Assembly (NCBI GenBank): GCA_034408725.1
Contig: JAWXCN010000015.1
Location: forward strand, 1-45,856
DNA from: Candidatus Hydrogenedentota bacterium
Lineage (GTDB): Bacteria; Hydrogenedentota; Hydrogenedentia; Hydrogenedentales; SLHB01
Direction of reading: 5' to 3'
Length of the DNA: 45,856 bases
Shown here: positions 1 to 9,198 of the stretch, one piece after another
Position numbering within the stretch: the stretch's first letter is position 1
How the letters are laid out: the number at the start of each line of letters is the position of its first letter
Position numbers and translations under genes: made by a program
The notes under the pieces: generated by a model
Told to the model about the DNA's origin: nothing
The model's database searches: none
Seen by the model: the letters and a program-made list of their open reading frames with translations, nothing else

Positions 1-88
1 GATCATTACAGACCACACGGGGGAGTAAGAGAATTCGATTACGAGCGCGAATGCGTCGTTCGGAGCGTCGTTTGTAGAGAAGGGGGTC

Positions 89-267
89 AAAAAGAGGAGC
101 CAGGGGTCCGCGCCGGGGGTGGCGGCGCGGACCCTGCTGTAAAACGAGGGGGAAGAGGGTAGTGGGGGAATCTCGTTTTTTGGCGCGGATGGGCTGTGTT
201 GGGGAAGAGGGGGGACCTTCCGCGCCGTGTCACTTGGGGTGATTCAACTCTTGGGGAGTCTGGCTCC
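89..267 (-). ncRNA. Candidate sRNA: 8-bp closing stem around five hairpins with C-rich loops, followed by a U-tract
   Basis: Inverted repeats at 96-103/260-267, 104-115/123-134, 141-148/172-179, 182-189/219-226, 230-233/239-242 and 247-250/256-259. Minus-strand loops: CCCAA twice, CCCUCUUCCCC twice. A5 at 89-93 gives U5 at the 3' end. Confidence 0.55.
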
Positions 268-379
268 GTTGTATATAGAACGACTCTTATGCGCATCTTA
301 TTTCAATTATTTTCGGGTTAGCGCAGAATTTTTCCTCGAACAGATATAAACCAAAAAACAGCAATGTTTTAGAACGAAT

Positions 380-417
380 AAAAAAATTGCCACGCCCCCG
401 GTGCATGGGGCGCAGCA
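380..417 (-). terminator. Intrinsic terminator of the DUF2946-DUF1559 unit
   Basis: Minus strand UGCUGCGCCCC...GGGGCGUGGCA stem, then one A and U7, 40 nt past the stop at 458. Confidence 0.8.
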
Positions 418-457
418 TAAGAGATTAACCTACAACACCGTAGGACGCGCACTTACA

Positions 458-1345
458 TCAGTGCTCATGTCCATGCGAGGCTTCGTGCAAAATCAACCCG
501 CCTTCGTTCACCGGAAACGGCGCGCCCATCGCGCCGCCGTATTTCAGGAACTCGACGTGACCATCCATGTACAACACGTTGCAGCCGCCCGGCGCATGAT
601 TGAAATGGCTCGTTTCATCGCTGATCTCATCCCAGAAAATTGGTAAGGATGATTGTGACGAAGAACTCCGCGTGGGGTCGTTTATGTCCGTGATGAAGAA
701 CCGTTCAATCCCTTCCCGGAGCCGCGGAAAGCTGGTGCGCCCTCCGACCGGCACAGGTAACTCCCAATCTTCGTTCACGAGCGCGGCGTCGCCTGCTTCG
801 ATCCCTTCAATGAGACTTTCGAGTCCCGCCTCGAAGTTCGCAAGGTCACCAGCACTCGCAAATTCGGAGTCGAGCACGCCGGGCGAAATGGCCCAAGCCA
901 TATAGACATAGGGATGTTCGCATAGCTCGCAAGGTTCAACTACGCCGTTGTTCGAGAATCCTGGGGTTTCTTCCCAATTGAATGACGGCGTGTTTCCCTC
1001 GTCCCAGAGCTCGAGGGCCGAGCTTCCCGCGACGGAACTCGGGCACACCAGCACGTCCAGGTCCGTAAGATATTCGGGGTACAAGTAACTCGCCTCGAAT
1101 ATCTGGTTCCAATACTGGATTTCGCCGGCGCAGTTCATCACCTTTTGCGCGGGCAACAATCCTCCTTTGCTTTCCGAAGAGTACATTTTGAATACGAGTC
1201 CGAGCTGTTTCAGATTGTTCTGGCAACTCGCGCGGCGGGCCGCTTCGCGGGCCCGGGCTAGCGCGGGCAACAGGATCGCCGCCAGAATTCCAATAATCGC
1301 AATTACAACCAATAACTCGATAAGGGTAAATCCACGATATTTCAT
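458..1345 (-). CDS. Prepilin-type N-terminal cleavage/methylation protein, DUF1559 / H-X9-DG family
   Basis: RG^[57 protein letters not shown]-terminal tail HEASHGHEH. Confidence 0.92.
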   Translation of the reverse strand: MKYRGFTLIELLVVIAIIGILAAILLPALARAREAARRASCQNNLKQLGLVFKMYSSESKGGLLPAQKVMNCAGEIQYWNQIFEASYLYPEYLTDLDVLVCPSSVAGSSALELWDEGNTPSFNWEETPGFSNNGVVEPCELCEHPYVYMAWAISPGVLDSEFASAGDLANFEAGLESLIEGIEAGDAALVNEDWELPVPVGGRTSFPRLREGIERFFITDINDPTRSSSSQSSLPIFWDEISDETSHFNHAPGGCNVLYMDGHVEFLKYGGAMGAPFPVNEGGLILHEASHGHEH

Positions 1346-1354
1346 GGCTTAATC

Positions 1355-1455
1355 CGCTCCATAATTCGCAGTGAACAATTGAAAGATCGTCCGCATAAAC
1401 GCACAAGCGCCACCGGACACAACGGGGGACTGGAATCTAATCGCGAATTAGAGCG
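1355..1455 (-). promoter_or_regulatory. Anti-SD helix: leader-ORF stop region pairs with the SD of the DUF1559 gene
   Basis: mRNA CGCUC-UAAUUCGC (1455-1443) is complementary to GCGAAUUA-UG-GAGCG (1369-1355), which contains the GGAG SD; 13 bp with a 2-nt bulge. Confidence 0.65.
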
Positions 1456-1798
1456 ATGGAGGGCCGCGACGCAAGTGCGTGAAACAGGACGTGTCCCGCA
1501 CCGGAGGCGAAAGCTGAAGCGCAAGATGATAGCGGTGTTCATCCGCGGGGGGAGCGGGGACGTAATGGTGCGCCGTGACCAGGGCAGGTGTGCCGGCCAG
1601 CACGCACAATGCGCATTCGTGGTTGGTTTCATGCGACTGGTGGGATTCGGCGTCCGCGTGCGCCGCGGCGTGATGCGGGCCCAGCAGTGCTTCATGGCCT
1701 TCGGCGGCGGCGAGAAACGCCACCGCAGCCCATGCCACGGCGCGCAGCACCCGCCGCTGGAAAAGCAACGAAAACCAATGTGGGGTATATCGCGTCAC
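1448..1798 (-). CDS. DUF2946-like (CruR/CutF-type) leader, putative arrest peptide
   Basis: GTG start, hydrophobic N-region, His-rich segment, HECALC (CxxC), Pro-rich linker, C-terminal RRGPPSL*. Confidence 0.8.
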   Translation of the reverse strand: MTRYTPHWFSLLFQRRVLRAVAWAAVAFLAAAEGHEALLGPHHAAAHADAESHQSHETNHECALCVLAGTPALVTAHHYVPAPPADEHRYHLALQLSPPVRDTSCFTHLRRGPPSL

Positions 1799-1838
1799 GG
1801 GATCAGCCTTTGGCGCACAGGAACTCGAACAAGGAACA

Positions 1839-1867
1839 AGAATACGTTAGCCGGGGTTATTCGTCAA
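1839..1867 (-). promoter_or_regulatory. Sigma70-type promoter for the leader ORF
   Basis: TTGACG-17 nt-TATTCT on the minus strand. Confidence 0.6.
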
Positions 1868-1883
1868 TAGGTTGCGCGCTACG

Positions 1884-1913
1884 TTGCCGTTAGGCCAAAG
1901 CGCTGCCTATACT
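1884..1913 (+). promoter_or_regulatory. Sigma70-type promoter for hsp20-lon
   Basis: TTGCCG-18 nt-TATACT. Confidence 0.45.
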
Positions 1914-1951
1914 GTCCATTGACCCGGCTGCGGCAGCTACAAGGTGCATAT

Positions 1952-2344
1952 ATGCATGATTTGACGAACTTACTGGCGCAAATGCATTCCATGATGAACG
2001 ATTTGCACGGACAAGCCCCATTCGATCAACTTCGGGGGGCAACTTGGCAACCCCCCGTTGACATCTATGAAACGGAGGAACGCATCACCATCGTGGCGGA
2101 ACTTCCCGGTGTCGAGAAGCAGAACATCGACGTCGAAGTAGTAGAAGGCATCCTGCGCATTAGCGGTGTAAAACATCGGACCATACCCGAATTGACCAGC
2201 CACGTGTATCAGATGGAAGTGCCATACGGGCCGTTCGCGCGCTTTGTGAGGTTGCCCTGCGCGGTGGACGTCGAACATATCGACGCCGAATACCGCGACG
2301 GATACCTGACCGTGTGTGTACCGCGAGGCAAACGCAATGGCTAA
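1952..2344 (+). CDS. Hsp20/alpha-crystallin small heat-shock protein
   Basis: WQPPVDIYET, ELPGVEKQNIDV, YGPFARFVRLP, AEYRDGYL; AAGGTG SD before ATG 1952; overlaps the lon start. Confidence 0.92.
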   Translation: MHDLTNLLAQMHSMMNDLHGQAPFDQLRGATWQPPVDIYETEERITIVAELPGVEKQNIDVEVVEGILRISGVKHRTIPELTSHVYQMEVPYGPFARFVRLPCAVDVEHIDAEYRDGYLTVCVPRGKRNG

Positions 2345-4793
2345 CGGAAAGAAAGCAGCGGCTAACGGAAAAAAAGTAGCAGCTAATGGAAAGAAAGCAG
2401 CGGCCGAGCAGGGCATCAGCCTGCCGGATACTCCCGCCACCCTGCCGTTGCTCATCAGCAACATGGTGCTGTTCCCCATGTCCGTCGTGCCGCTCCGGAT
2501 TACCGATTCCGCGGACGTGAAACTTATCGACCACGCGGTGATGGGGTCGAAAATGCTGGCCTTTATCGCGCGAAAGCCGACGACCGACGCCACCGGCGTT
2601 GACGCGGCATTCAACGTTGGATGCGTGGGCCGTATCATGCAATTGCAGCGGTTGCCCGATGGCTCGCTGAACGTCGTGTTGCAGGCGTTGCGCCGGTTCC
2701 GCATCGGAGGCGTTGTACAGCGCGAACCGTTTCCCGTCGTGAAAGTCACGCTGCTGGAAGAACGCAAGTACGATAAGAAAAAAATCGGGCCGCTTGTCGC
2801 CACCGTGAAAATGCAAATGGCGCGGTTGATCACCTTGTCTCCGGACATCCCCGACGCCGCTTCGGGCGTGTTGGACAATATTGACGACCCGGGTTTTCTG
2901 GCCGATCTCATCGCAAGCAATCTGAGCATTTCGATTGAGGAAAAGCAGCAGTTGCTGGATACGATAGACCGCACCAAACGGCTGGACCGGTTGACGTTTT
3001 TGCTGGCGCGCGAAGTTGAGATGATGGAGTTGTCGGACAAAATCCGCAATGACGTGCGCAGCTCCATCGACAAGACCCAGCGCGAATATTTCCTGCGACA
3101 GCAAATGAAGGCCATTCAAGATGAACTTGGGGAAGGCGAAGGCGACCGAACAGAAGCATCCGAGTTCCGTAAAAAAATCACCGCATTGGAGCTAAACGCC
3201 GACGTAAAAAAAGAAATCATGCGCGAACTTGACCGGTTCGAGAGCATGAATCCCGCTGGCGCCGAGTATCACGTGCTCGCAACGTATCTGGACTGGGTCG
3301 TTGAACTGCCGTGGAACGCCGTCGCCTATGGCGAAATCGATATTGCGCGCGCGGAACGCATCCTGAACCAGGACCATTACGGCCTTGACCGGGTGAAGCG
3401 CCGCATCCTTGAACATCTCGCCGTGCGAAAACTCAAACCCGACGCGTCAGGCGCGATCATTTGTTTCGTTGGCCCGCCGGGCGTCGGCAAGACTTCGCTC
3501 GGACAGTCCATCGCCCGCGCGCTGGACCGGAAATTTGTGCGGATGTCGCTCGGCGGAATGCGTGACGAAGCGGAAATCCGGGGCCATCGCAAAACGTACA
3601 TCGGCGCAATGCCGGGCCGCATCATCCAACTGATTCGCAAGGCAGGCACGCGAAGCCCCGTGTTCATGCTGGACGAAATCGACAAACTTGGGAATGATTT
3701 CCGCGGCGATCCGTCGTCAGCATTACTCGAGGTGCTCGATCCCGCGCAAAACAGCACGTTTTCGGATTTATATTTGAACGTTCCCTTTGATCTGTCGGAT
3801 GTCATGTTCGTGGCGACCGCGAACATGCTGGACACCATCCCGTGGGCGTTGCGTGATCGCATGGAAGTCATCGAGATTCCCGGCTATACCGTCGAGGAAA
3901 AACTGAATATCGCGCGGAAATACCTCGTGCCGCGCCAACTCGAGGCCCACGGGATTCCGAAGGGCAAGCTGATGTTTTCCGCGCCGATACTTCGCTACAT
4001 CATCACGCGGTACACGCGCGAAGCAGGGGTGCGTAATCTCGACCGCGAGATCGCGAACGTGTGCCGCGGGTGCGCGCGCTCATTCGCGGAAGGCCGTCGA
4101 AAACCGATCACGATCTCGCTCGCGGACATCTCGACGTATCTTGGCAATCCGAGGGTGCGGCCGGAAACCGCTGAACGCACCCGCATCCCCGGCGTGTCAA
4201 CGGGTCTCGCCTGGACGGCGGTAGGCGGAGACATCCTGTTCGTCGAGGCAACGCGCATGCCGGGCAAGGGGAACCTTGTCCTAACTGGCCAGCTTGGCGA
4301 CGTGATGAAAGAATCGGCGCAGGCAGTGTTGAGCTATGTGCGCGCAAACTCACATGCGTTGGGCATCGAAGATTCGTTGTTCACCTCGTCGGACATTCAC
4401 ATCCACGTACCCGCGGGCGCGGTCCCGAAAGACGGACCCAGCGCCGGCGTCACGATTCTCACCGCGGTGGCGTCGCTCCTGACGGGCAAACGCGTGAAGG
4501 ACAGCCTTGCCATGACAGGCGAGATTACGTTGCGCGGGCTCGTGTTGCCCGTCGGTGGCGTCAAGGAGAAGGTGCTCGCTGCCGCGCGCGCGGGCATTCG
4601 CGAAATCGTCTTGCCGGCCGCGTGCGAACCCGATCTGATCGACGTTCCGGCATCCGCGCGCGACAAACTTACGTTTCACTTCGTGAACCGAATGGAGGAG
4701 GTGCTGGCTATCGCGCTGGGGCTTCAACCCATCGTCAGCACCAATGGCCGCAAGAAAGCGCACGCGAAAAGCGCGGCGGTGAGCGCGCGGTAA
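2337..4793 (+). CDS. lon: ATP-dependent protease La
   Basis: Walker A GPPGVGKTS, RKTYIGAMPG, catalytic PKDGPSAG, GGVKEK. Confidence 0.97.
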   Translation: MANGKKAAANGKKVAANGKKAAAEQGISLPDTPATLPLLISNMVLFPMSVVPLRITDSADVKLIDHAVMGSKMLAFIARKPTTDATGVDAAFNVGCVGRIMQLQRLPDGSLNVVLQALRRFRIGGVVQREPFPVVKVTLLEERKYDKKKIGPLVATVKMQMARLITLSPDIPDAASGVLDNIDDPGFLADLIASNLSISIEEKQQLLDTIDRTKRLDRLTFLLAREVEMMELSDKIRNDVRSSIDKTQREYFLRQQMKAIQDELGEGEGDRTEASEFRKKITALELNADVKKEIMRELDRFESMNPAGAEYHVLATYLDWVVELPWNAVAYGEIDIARAERILNQDHYGLDRVKRRILEHLAVRKLKPDASGAIICFVGPPGVGKTSLGQSIARALDRKFVRMSLGGMRDEAEIRGHRKTYIGAMPGRIIQLIRKAGTRSPVFMLDEIDKLGNDFRGDPSSALLEVLDPAQNSTFSDLYLNVPFDLSDVMFVATANMLDTIPWALRDRMEVIEIPGYTVEEKLNIARKYLVPRQLEAHGIPKGKLMFSAPILRYIITRYTREAGVRNLDREIANVCRGCARSFAEGRRKPITISLADISTYLGNPRVRPETAERTRIPGVSTGLAWTAVGGDILFVEATRMPGKGNLVLTGQLGDVMKESAQAVLSYVRANSHALGIEDSLFTSSDIHIHVPAGAVPKDGPSAGVTILTAVASLLTGKRVKDSLAMTGEITLRGLVLPVGGVKEKVLAAARAGIREIVLPAACEPDLIDVPASARDKLTFHFVNRMEEVLAIALGLQPIVSTNGRKKAHAKSAAVSAR
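2340..2402 (+). repeat. 3 x 21-bp coding tandem repeat (ANGKK[A/V]A) at the Lon N-terminus
   Basis: gctaacggaaagaaagcagcg / gctaacggaaaaaaagtagca / gctaatggaaagaaagcagcg. Confidence 0.9.
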
Positions 4794-4831
4794 AGCGAGC
4801 GGTCTTTCGGGGTTTGGCTGCGGTGACTGAG

Positions 4832-6181
4832 CTACTCGCGGTCCCACTTTAACAGCCACGGGTCGTTCGTCTTCTCCTGCATTGCGCGAATCCGGTGCTT
4901 CAAATCCGCGAGCAGGGTCGCAAGCTGGGGATTCTCCGCGAGATTCTGAATTTCGTGTGGATCGGCCTCGAGGTCGTACAACTCAAATTCCGGACGCCGT
5001 TCGTACGCTTCCACCGTGCGTTTTCCATAAGCCGTCAGGCCCCGTGCGCGCACGCCCTGCCACGTCTTCGATTGCCACAGGTCGCTCGCGAACGGAAACG
5101 GAAGGCCGTGCGCGATGTTCCAGATCAGCTTGTGCCGCCGGGTTCGCACGGCGCGCATCGGGTAATACATTGTCACTTCGTGAAACGTGTGCGAATGATA
5201 TACCTCGTCCCATTCAGCCGCGGTTTCCGCGCGCGCCGCGTCCAGAAACGATCTGCCGTGGCAGGTGTTCGCCGTCGCGCCGCAATACTCAAGGATTGAC
5301 GGCATGATGTCGATCCACGAAACCATCGCGTTCGATGTGTAGCCTTGCCTCGGATTCCGCGGATCGCGCACGACGCACGGCAGGTGCACACCCGGTTCGT
5401 ATAACGTCGTCTTTGCGCCCGGCCACGGCATGCCGTTGTCCGTCGCAAACACAATCAAAGTGTCTTCCCAATGACCGGTTTCGCGCAGCATGTTCATCAA
5501 CAAAACCAGTCCACTGTCCGCACGTTGAATCGAGGCGTAATACTCCGCGAGTTCTTGCCGGCATTCGGGAATGTCCGGGAGGTGTGGCGGAACGGTGATT
5601 TTCGTGGCATCAATTACGTCTGATCCTTCGCGCCGGAATGGGCGATGCGGCTCGGTGGGACAGAAATAAAGAAAAAAAGGAGTGGGGTCTTTCGACTCAA
5701 GGAGCGGACGGCACTTTTCCGCCATGTCCACCGGCGCGGCGCCCGGAATATACTCCTGAAAATGGTATGCGGCTTCCGGCAGTACGTGCACTTTACCCGC
5801 GCACAACGTGCGATACCCCGCTTCGCCCAGCACGACGGGCAGGCTTTTAACATCGGCGAATGAATTGAAATGATGTTTTGCGTGTGCCAATCCGTACTGG
5901 CCGTTCGCGTGGTTGTGCATGCCCGTCAGGATAACGGACCGGCTCGGACTGCAGCTTGGCGTCGTGCAGAACGCGTGCGTGAACCGTACGCCCTCGCGCG
6001 CAAGCGCGTCGAGGCCAGGTGTCTTTACATGGGGATTGCCGTAACACCCCGCGTCGTTCATTCCGTGATCATCCGTGATATACAAGATCACGTTGCGCGC
6101 CGGAGCGATGGCCGCGCCGGCCTGGATGGTCGTCCCCGCAACCAGGGTGCCCGCGGTTTGTAAAAATGTCCGACGCTTCAT
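4832..6181 (-). CDS. Tat-exported sulfatase (N-sulfoglucosamine sulfohydrolase-like)
   Basis: MKRRTFL twin-arginine signal, formylglycine motif CSPSR, GKVH, TDNG. Confidence 0.9.
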   Translation of the reverse strand: MKRRTFLQTAGTLVAGTTIQAGAAIAPARNVILYITDDHGMNDAGCYGNPHVKTPGLDALAREGVRFTHAFCTTPSCSPSRSVILTGMHNHANGQYGLAHAKHHFNSFADVKSLPVVLGEAGYRTLCAGKVHVLPEAAYHFQEYIPGAAPVDMAEKCRPLLESKDPTPFFLYFCPTEPHRPFRREGSDVIDATKITVPPHLPDIPECRQELAEYYASIQRADSGLVLLMNMLRETGHWEDTLIVFATDNGMPWPGAKTTLYEPGVHLPCVVRDPRNPRQGYTSNAMVSWIDIMPSILEYCGATANTCHGRSFLDAARAETAAEWDEVYHSHTFHEVTMYYPMRAVRTRRHKLIWNIAHGLPFPFASDLWQSKTWQGVRARGLTAYGKRTVEAYERRPEFELYDLEADPHEIQNLAENPQLATLLADLKHRIRAMQEKTNDPWLLKWDRE

Positions 6182-6209
6182 GCGCTTCTCCTTTAACGCC
6201 CACGCACTA

Positions 6210-7667
6210 CTACACGGTTTCCGGCGATTTCAGCAATTCATCTTTTAGCGCGCCAATGCGCTCCGAGAGGATTACGCGATAGATTTCGGGATTCCGCAAC
6301 CGCTTGTACTCTTCGGGCAACGTGGATGACTGCACGAGATAGCGCGCGCGAATATCCTTTATCGGCGATTGCGCATTGATGCGCTTTCCATTTTCAAACA
6401 CGGTTTCCAGCAAAGGTTCCGCGCGCGTTGCATGCCGCAGCCGGACGCCGCGATGCGGTTGGATTGCGTCGCGTCCGCGCGCCACGCCGTCTCGCGCATA
6501 CGGCTCGTCGATGTCGTACAGGACGTCGCCCAACGGCGTGTTGTCTTCGCCATAGTAGCGCACCACCTGCTTGCGCCCGGGATTGGTTGCCTTGGTGAGG
6601 TTGGACGAAATCTTGATGCGCGGCTGCCACGTTCCGTCCTGTTCGAGTGCGACAAGCTTGTACACGCCGCTCAGAGCGGGACAATCGCTGGACGTAATCA
6701 AGTGTGTGCCCACGCCCCATGCATTTATTTTTGCGCCCTGCCGTTTCAGGTCGGCGATCAGGTCTTCATCCAGATCGTTTGAGCCAACGATCAGCGGATC
6801 GTCGAATCCCGCGTCCCGCATCATGTGATAAGCAATTTTGCTGAGTTTCGCCAAATCGCCCGAATCGAGCCGGATCGCCGGGCGCGTATTCAGACCCCGC
6901 GCGTGCATTTCCTTGAACGTCTGTATCGCGTTTGGAACGCCGCTGGCGATGGTGTCGTAGGTGTCGGCCAATAGCACGCAGCGGTCGGGATAGTGGCGCG
7001 CAAACGCGCGGAATGCTTCGAGCTCATCCGCGAAACTCATCACCCAACTGTGCGCGTGCGTGCCGGACACGGGAATGTCATAGATTTTTCCCGCGAGCAC
7101 GTTGGACGTCGAAGTACACCCGCCAATGTACGCGGCGCGCGATCCGCTCAACCCGCCGTCGGGCCCGTGTGCGCGGCGCAGACCAAATTCCATGACCGGG
7201 TCGCCGTCCGCCGCGAGACACACGCGCGCGGCCTTGGTCGCGATCAGCGTTTGAAAGTTCAGCATGTTCAACAGCGCGGTCTCGATGAATTGCGCTTCAA
7301 ACATGGCGCCTTCGATTTGTACGATCGGCTCGTGCGGAAAAACAAGCGTGCCTTCGGCGATTGCCCGTACGGTGCACGTTGGCGAGAACCCGCGCAGATA
7401 CGCGAAAAAATCTTCGTCGAATACATCGAGCGACCTGAGATAAGCGATATCGTCGTCCGTAAATCGCAGATGCTCAAGATAGTCGAGGAACGGATTCAGA
7501 CCCGCAGCGACCGCGAATCCCGCGTGCGGCGGCAGGTGCCGGAAAAAGTACTCGAAGCAAACGCGCAGGTCCGCGCGGTCCTCCTTCAGATAGCCCGCCA
7601 TCATCGTGAGCTCGTAAAAATCGGTCAGCAGCGCAAGGCCGTCGCGCGTGCGCCAGAGCGTACTCAT
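6210..7667 (-). CDS. pncB: Nicotinate phosphoribosyltransferase
   Basis: LLTDFYELTM, EFGLRRAHG, GTHAHSWV, IRLDSGDL; ATGA overlap with the pncA stop. Confidence 0.95.
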   Translation of the reverse strand: MSTLWRTRDGLALLTDFYELTMMAGYLKEDRADLRVCFEYFFRHLPPHAGFAVAAGLNPFLDYLEHLRFTDDDIAYLRSLDVFDEDFFAYLRGFSPTCTVRAIAEGTLVFPHEPIVQIEGAMFEAQFIETALLNMLNFQTLIATKAARVCLAADGDPVMEFGLRRAHGPDGGLSGSRAAYIGGCTSTSNVLAGKIYDIPVSGTHAHSWVMSFADELEAFRAFARHYPDRCVLLADTYDTIASGVPNAIQTFKEMHARGLNTRPAIRLDSGDLAKLSKIAYHMMRDAGFDDPLIVGSNDLDEDLIADLKRQGAKINAWGVGTHLITSSDCPALSGVYKLVALEQDGTWQPRIKISSNLTKATNPGRKQVVRYYGEDNTPLGDVLYDIDEPYARDGVARGRDAIQPHRGVRLRHATRAEPLLETVFENGKRINAQSPIKDIRARYLVQSSTLPEEYKRLRNPEIYRVILSERIGALKDELLKSPETV

Positions 7668-8251
7668 GCGTAGTTGGCCATCGTGCGAATACTGACACCC
7701 GCGGACTTCATTTTCGCGATTGCGGCGCCGGCGGCGCCCGGAGGATTGTCCACGCCACGGCATAGGTCTTCAATCAGAATGGTCTCGAACCCGTTTTTCA
7801 CGGCATCCAGCGCCGTCGCCTTCACGCAATAATCCGTCGCGAGACCGCACACAAACACGCGGCGCACGCCGCGCGCGTGCAAGGTCTCGGCCAGCGTCGT
7901 CCCGTCGAACCCGCTGTACGCCTCGCGGGCGGGATCGCTTCCCTTGCTTACAATTAGCGCGTCACCTGGAATTTCGAGCGCGGGATGAAAATCGGCTCCG
8001 GCCGTTTTCGCGACACAATGCGGCGGCCAACTCTTGTCCACGAACTTCGGCGCGGCGCTAAAGCTGCTATGGTTGGCGGGATGCCAGTCGCGCGTGAACA
8101 CCGTCTGCGTAAAGCGCGGCGTAATGGCATTAATGCCGGCGATGATTGTGTCGCCTTCGTTCACCGCAAGCGCGCCACCGGGGCAAAAATCCTGTTGCAG
8201 ATCGACGACGACCAAAGCGTCCGAAGCGTCAATTTCCAAAGTATGTTCCAT
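7664..8251 (-). CDS. pncA: Nicotinamidase/pyrazinamidase
   Basis: VVDLQQDFCPGGALAV, TRDWHP, WPPHCV, GLATDYCV. Confidence 0.95.
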   Translation of the reverse strand: MEHTLEIDASDALVVVDLQQDFCPGGALAVNEGDTIIAGINAITPRFTQTVFTRDWHPANHSSFSAAPKFVDKSWPPHCVAKTAGADFHPALEIPGDALIVSKGSDPAREAYSGFDGTTLAETLHARGVRRVFVCGLATDYCVKATALDAVKNGFETILIEDLCRGVDNPPGAAGAAIAKMKSAGVSIRTMANYA

Positions 8252-8259
8252 TTTCACGT

Positions 8260-8814
8260 TTACTTTTGCCCTGTCGTCAAAAAGCGTTCCGCGTTTTTCC
8301 ACAAACAATCCAGTTGATCTTCCGTATAGTGTTCCGGCATTGCTACCAATTGCGCGCCGGGGTTCGCAAAATGTGTCGCAAGCCGTTGCACCGCGACCCG
8401 CATGACTTTCGCATGATCAAACGCCAGCGGCGGCAATTTATTTACGGGCATCCATTCCGCGTGCCGCGCGTCGTCGCCGGGACGCAATGGATGTTCCTTG
8501 AAGTCTATCACCGCGATGTAGACCACCGTCACGCACCAACCTCGCGGATCGCGCCCCGGATCGCCAATTGCGAAAACCTGCCGCAATGAAACGTTCTGAA
8601 GCCCTGTTTCCTCGAACAACTCCCGCGCCCCTGCTTTGTCGACCGGCTCATCCTCGTCCACCCACCCCCCGGGCAACGCCCAATCACCCTCGAATGGTCC
8701 GTGGCCTCGTTCGATCAGCAGCACGTGCAGCGCACCGTCGCGCAGGGTAAACACGGCGGAATCCGCCGCGAGAATCGGCCGCGGATAGGGATAGGTGTAG
8801 TGTCGTTCACTCAT
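8260..8814 (-). CDS. NUDIX hydrolase (ADP-ribose pyrophosphatase / NrtR-like N-domain)
   Basis: Intact Nudix box GWVDEDEPVDKAGARELFEETGL, RDPRG, LAFDH; first gene of the pncA-pncB unit. Confidence 0.9.
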   Translation of the reverse strand: MSERHYTYPYPRPILAADSAVFTLRDGALHVLLIERGHGPFEGDWALPGGWVDEDEPVDKAGARELFEETGLQNVSLRQVFAIGDPGRDPRGWCVTVVYIAVIDFKEHPLRPGDDARHAEWMPVNKLPPLAFDHAKVMRVAVQRLATHFANPGAQLVAMPEHYTEDQLDCLWKNAERFLTTGQK

Positions 8815-8915
8815 GGCTCCATCATAGCCGAATTAGTGCATATGTCATCGGTCATTGCGCGTCGGAAATAAAAATGGTGCGATAGAGTCCCCGGTGCAAC
8901 ATTATATGATGGGGC

Positions 8916-9061
8916 CTATTTGGACTGCGGCGGCCCCCAAGGCGCCGCTTTGGCTGTTTATCACAGTTGGTCTACCCTTGCCATGCGCGCACAAAGCCGT
9001 TGCCCCTAAACAGCCAAAGCGGTGTCTACGCTACCCGCTTTCGCCACCGCAGTCCAAATAG
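8916..9061. repeat. REPIN/MITE-like element, family A copy 1
   Basis: 15-bp terminal IR CTATTTGGACTGCGG and 16-bp inner IR CCGCTTTGGCTGTTTA; inverted copy at 26955-27102. Confidence 0.85.
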
Positions 9062-9078
9062 CGCACTTTGCAAAGGCG

Positions 9079-9198
9079 TTGGAGTGCGACAGCGGTAGCT
9101 GCCGCTTTGCATTCGGAGACTTCCAGCACTTCGTATCACCCGCATAGGGCAAGGCTAACAACCGCCCCATAGCGGTAGCTACCGCTACCGCACTCCAA
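9079..9198. repeat. REP pair, family B (TTGGAGTGCG...CGCACTCCAA)
   Basis: 10-bp terminal IR; each arm carries an AGCGGTAGCT(G/A)CCGCT hairpin. Confidence 0.75.

Noticed and set aside
87-296. 69-aa minus-strand ORF
   Set aside because: Pro/Arg-rich translation of the structured RNA; no recognisable motif
8855-9061. Similar small ORFs (also within 26930-27220 and 10924-11292) suggesting a peptide family
   Set aside because: The shared peptide is only the translation of repeat family A
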